DNA of 64,000 bases from Chthoniobacteraceae bacterium (lineage in GTDB: Bacteria > Verrucomicrobiota > Verrucomicrobiia > Chthoniobacterales > Chthoniobacteraceae): positions 1 through 64,000 of the forward strand of contig JANNXQ010000259.1 in assembly GCA_031409655.1 (NCBI GenBank). The letters run 5' to 3'. Position 1 is the stretch's first letter; every line of letters begins with the position of its first letter. The notes under the pieces were generated by a model. The model worked only from the letters and a program-made list of their open reading frames with translations. It was not told the origin of the DNA and made no database searches. A program made the position numbers and the translations under genes. Shown piece by piece: positions 61,206 through 64,000 of this stretch.

Positions 61206-64000
61206 TCAGGGGTTGGCGACCGAGATGTTTGGGCGGTCGATCAGGGTGGTGGCTTCCTTGAGGAGGATGCCGAATTCGAGTTCGTTCCAGAGCCGGCGTG
61301 GGGCGCCGACCTCGCGGCTCTGGCCTTGCTGGATCTGATCGTAGGTGTCGAGGGCTTTGCGCAGCCACCGCTGCGCCTCAGTGGCGTGCTCCGCGCGCTC
61401 GCCGTCGCTGAGACGCTTCTCACGGCTGAGCTGATGATGGGTCAGGGCGAGGAAGATCTGATCCTGCTGGCGGCCGTCCTCGAGCGCCATCAGGGCGGAG
61501 GCGGCGGACTCGTCGGTCACCTGAGCGAGCGCTTCGCGCACTTGCACCTCGGCCCAGGTTTTGCGGGAGCGATCGAGGGTCTCCCGCGCTTTGGCAAAAT
61601 CCCCGACGCGGAGATACACGGCGCCGAGGGTGTTGAGGCGAAAGTAATTTGGGTCGGCCTCCGCGGTCTTCTCGATGGTGGGCAGGAGTTCGCGGAGCCG
61701 GGCGACGTCCGCGCGGGGATCGAGCACGAATGGCCAGGCAAGGCGCAGGGCAAACTTGCCCGCCCCGTGAAACTTCGCCCACATGTCCTCGAGGGCCTTG
61801 AAGTAGGGGGCTGGATCGTCGGGGTGGAGCTTGAGTTGCAAGCCGGCACGGCGCTGCCACGGGCCGGGGTCGTCCAGCGCCAGCTCCGCCGCTTGGTTGA
61901 CGGCCTGGAGGCAGTCTGCCCAGTGCCTCGTCTCGTCCGTGGCCCGGCCTCGGCGGGAGCAATCCAGAGCCTGGTCGAGATGGATGGTGGCGAGCTGCGT
62001 CCACGGTTCGTGGTCCAGAGGATCCTGCGCCGCCATCAGCGCGCAGTCCTTGATCGCGTCCTCCCAGCGGTGCAGTTCGGTGCGCATCCGGGCCCGCAGG
62101 GCGATGGTCGGAGCCCACAACTTTTCCCCGGGCTGGACGCCGAGCAGCGTCCAATTGAAATAGTGTTCCGCCTCGGCCCAGCGTTCGCTCGACTGGAAGG
62201 CGTCGCCGCAGCGCCGGAGCTGGGCAGGCAGGGGGTCGTCTCCGGAGGCGCGAATGGTCGCCTCGAGGTGCCAGGCGGCGGCGAACCAGCGCCCACTGTC
62301 TTCGCAGAAAGCCGCTTCTCGCTGGTGAAATTTCCCGGGCGGGAGCCGGGGAACTTGCGCGAGATAGTCCGTCTTCAGCCGCTGCCACTGCGGCGGCGAT
62401 TTTTGCAAATCCGCGGGCCCGAGCGCAGCGCCGGTGATCGTCGCCGCGGTGACGAGTTCGGCCCGGCCGCGGAGATCGCCCGTCGGCAGGTGGTCAGGCG
62501 CGATATTCCAGAGACGCGCCTCGTCCAGGCGGAGCTGCGGCGCCCTGGAGACGGCGCCGCTGGCCCGAGTCGTGGAGTAGTGCGGGCGGATGCTGGCGAA
62601 GCTCAAGGTCAGGACCCGCTTTCCCGCGGCATCAAAGGCGGCGCTCCGCACTTCGGTCTGGTGAGGGAGGATGGCGATGAGTTCGCCGGTGCGGGCGTCC
62701 CACACGCGCGCGCGGCGATCGGCGCAGCCGGTGATCACGCGGGAGCCATCGGCGCTAAACGCGGCATCGAGGACGACGCCGCCGTGCGGCAGGCGCGTGG
62801 TGGCAGCGGCCTTTTCACCGGACCATCGCGCGAGATCGTAAAGGACGGCCGAGCTGTCGTAGCTGGCGGTCAGGAGCGTCTGCCCATCGGGGCTGAAGCG
62901 CGCGACGGTGAGGTCGGCACTGTGGATCTTTTCGATCCGCAGGAGCTCGCGATAGGGCGTCGCACTCAGGTCCCAGATCGCCGCCGCGTCGTCGATGCCC
63001 GCGGTGGCGAGGCGCTGCATCGGCGGGTCAAAGGACGCGAAAGTCACGGCCTCGCGATGCGGGAGTTCGCCGCGGAGGGCACCGGTCGCGGCGTCGAAAA
63101 TCCGGGCGGCGCCCGTGCGGACGATGCTGTCGCCGCTGCCAGTCACGGCCAGCGTGCCATCGGGACTGAAGGCGATGAAGGTGACGGCGTGAGCGTGCTC
63201 GAGAGGCGTGATCTTTCCGGTAGCCGGCTCCCAGAGCGTGACCATGCGCGACTGTCCGTCCGCAGCGCGGCTGACGACGAGCAGGCGCCGGCCATCGGGC
63301 GGGGCAAAGGCGAGCGCGGTGATTTCGCCGCCGGGCGTCAAGGGGGTGCCGATCCCCTCCGCGCTGCCCACCTTCCAGACGCGCACCTCGGCCGTCGCGG
63401 AGGGACCGCCGCCCGCGGCGATGCGCTGCCCGTCCGCGCTGTAGGCCACGCACGGCACCGGGCCGGGCATCGTCAGGCGCGGCGCGATCGGCTCCCCGCT
63501 GGGCGAGACCAGTTCCACGATGCTCGTTCCTTTGGCATCGCCTCCGGACGCGGTCAGGATGCGTTCGCCGTCCGGGCTGAAAGTGGCCGCGCTCACGGGG
63601 CGCTCGAATTCCGGCGGCGGCGGCATGGCGGTCATCAAGTCCCAGACGCGCACCACATCTCCGCCCGAGGCCACCACCCGGCGGCCATCTTCGGCAAAGG
63701 CGGCGGAGACCACGCTGCCTTCGTGCCGCAGCGGCGGGAGGAGCAGCCGTCCGGTGGCGAGATCCCAGACGCGCGCTGCCTTGTCGCGGCTGCCGGTGAG
63801 CAGATGGCGCCCATCCGGGCTGAAGCGCGCCTGAAAGACCCAGCCCTCATGCGAGAGGGTGAGGAGGGTGCGGCCATTGCGGATATTCCAGACGCGGGCG
63901 GTGCCATCGTTGCTCGCGGTGGCCACGCGCAGGCCATCCGGGCTGAAGGCGGCCATGGCCACGCGCGCGGTGTGCCGCAGGGGTGGAGTGGCAGGCTCGC
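61206..64000 (-). CDS. 3' part of a large WD40-repeat + TPR protein (5' end outside the window)
   Basis: Many H..V..A.FSPDG..V.T.S.D..ARVWD repeats followed by TPR-like helices (NTLGAVYLRVGDF); the frame is open to the window edge. Confidence 0.88.
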   Translation of the reverse strand, partial: EPATPPLRHTARVAMAAFSPDGLRVATASNDGTARVWNIRNGRTLLTLSHEGWVFQARFSPDGRHLLTGSRDKAARVWDLATGRLLLPPLRHEGSVVSAAFAEDGRRVVASGGDVVRVWDLMTAMPPPPEFERPVSAATFSPDGERILTASGGDAKGTSIVELVSPSGEPIAPRLTMPGPVPCVAYSADGQRIAAGGGPSATAEVRVWKVGSAEGIGTPLTPGGEITALAFAPPDGRRLLVVSRAADGQSRMVTLWEPATGKITPLEHAHAVTFIAFSPDGTLAVTGSGDSIVRTGAARIFDAATGALRGELPHREAVTFASFDPPMQRLATAGIDDAAAIWDLSATPYRELLRIEKIHSADLTVARFSPDGQTLLTASYDSSAVLYDLARWSGEKAAATTRLPHGGVVLDAAFSADGSRVITGCADRRARVWDARTGELIAILPHQTEVRSAAFDAAGKRVLTLSFASIRPHYSTTRASGAVSRAPQLRLDEARLWNIAPDHLPTGDLRGRAELVTAATITGAALGPADLQKSPPQWQRLKTDYLAQVPRLPPGKFHQREAAFCEDSGRWFAAAWHLEATIRASGDDPLPAQLRRCGDAFQSSERWAEAEHYFNWTLLGVQPGEKLWAPTIALRARMRTELHRWEDAIKDCALMAAQDPLDHEPWTQLATIHLDQALDCSRRGRATDETRHWADCLQAVNQAAELALDDPGPWQRRAGLQLKLHPDDPAPYFKALEDMWAKFHGAGKFALRLAWPFVLDPRADVARLRELLPTIEKTAEADPNYFRLNTLGAVYLRVGDFAKARETLDRSRKTWAEVQVREALAQVTDESAASALMALEDGRQQDQIFLALTHHQLSREKRLSDGERAEHATEAQRWLRKALDTYDQIQQGQSREVGAPRRLWNELEFGILLKEATTLIDRPNISVANP

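Overview
High-GC bacterial chromosomal window whose gene content points to a verrucomicrobium or another PVC bacterium: a DUF1549/DUF1553 protein, passenger-associated repeats and a recurring ...RLKVTxP C-terminal domain. Positions 1-19 kb hold a minus-strand, partly translationally coupled array of giant secreted modular CAZymes (two GH16, one alginate-lyase-like, one beta-helix lyase-like, one heparinase II/III-like). All end in the same ~130-aa C-terminal cassette, and the array also contains a 48-codon signal-peptide/PA14 remnant. At 19-25 kb a fic gene is followed by another giant secreted protein, bracketed by a 340-bp, mostly synonymously diverged duplicate of the fic 3' end. The 25-61 kb stretch is mainly housekeeping: RluA-family synthase, WcaF-like acetyltransferase, MacAB-like ABC system, mreBCD-mrdA-rng, UvrD/PcrA, mfd, glycosyltransferases, an NtrC-like regulator, uppS and purA. 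Its intergenic spaces hold 7/8-nt periodic inverted arrays and several REP/MITE-like palindromes, one of which sits in-frame inside mfd. The window ends with a WD40/TPR gene coupled to a stand-alone TIR gene. I recognised no rRNA, tRNA, CRISPR array, integrase or transposase. Family assignments come from motif recognition by eye, not database searches.
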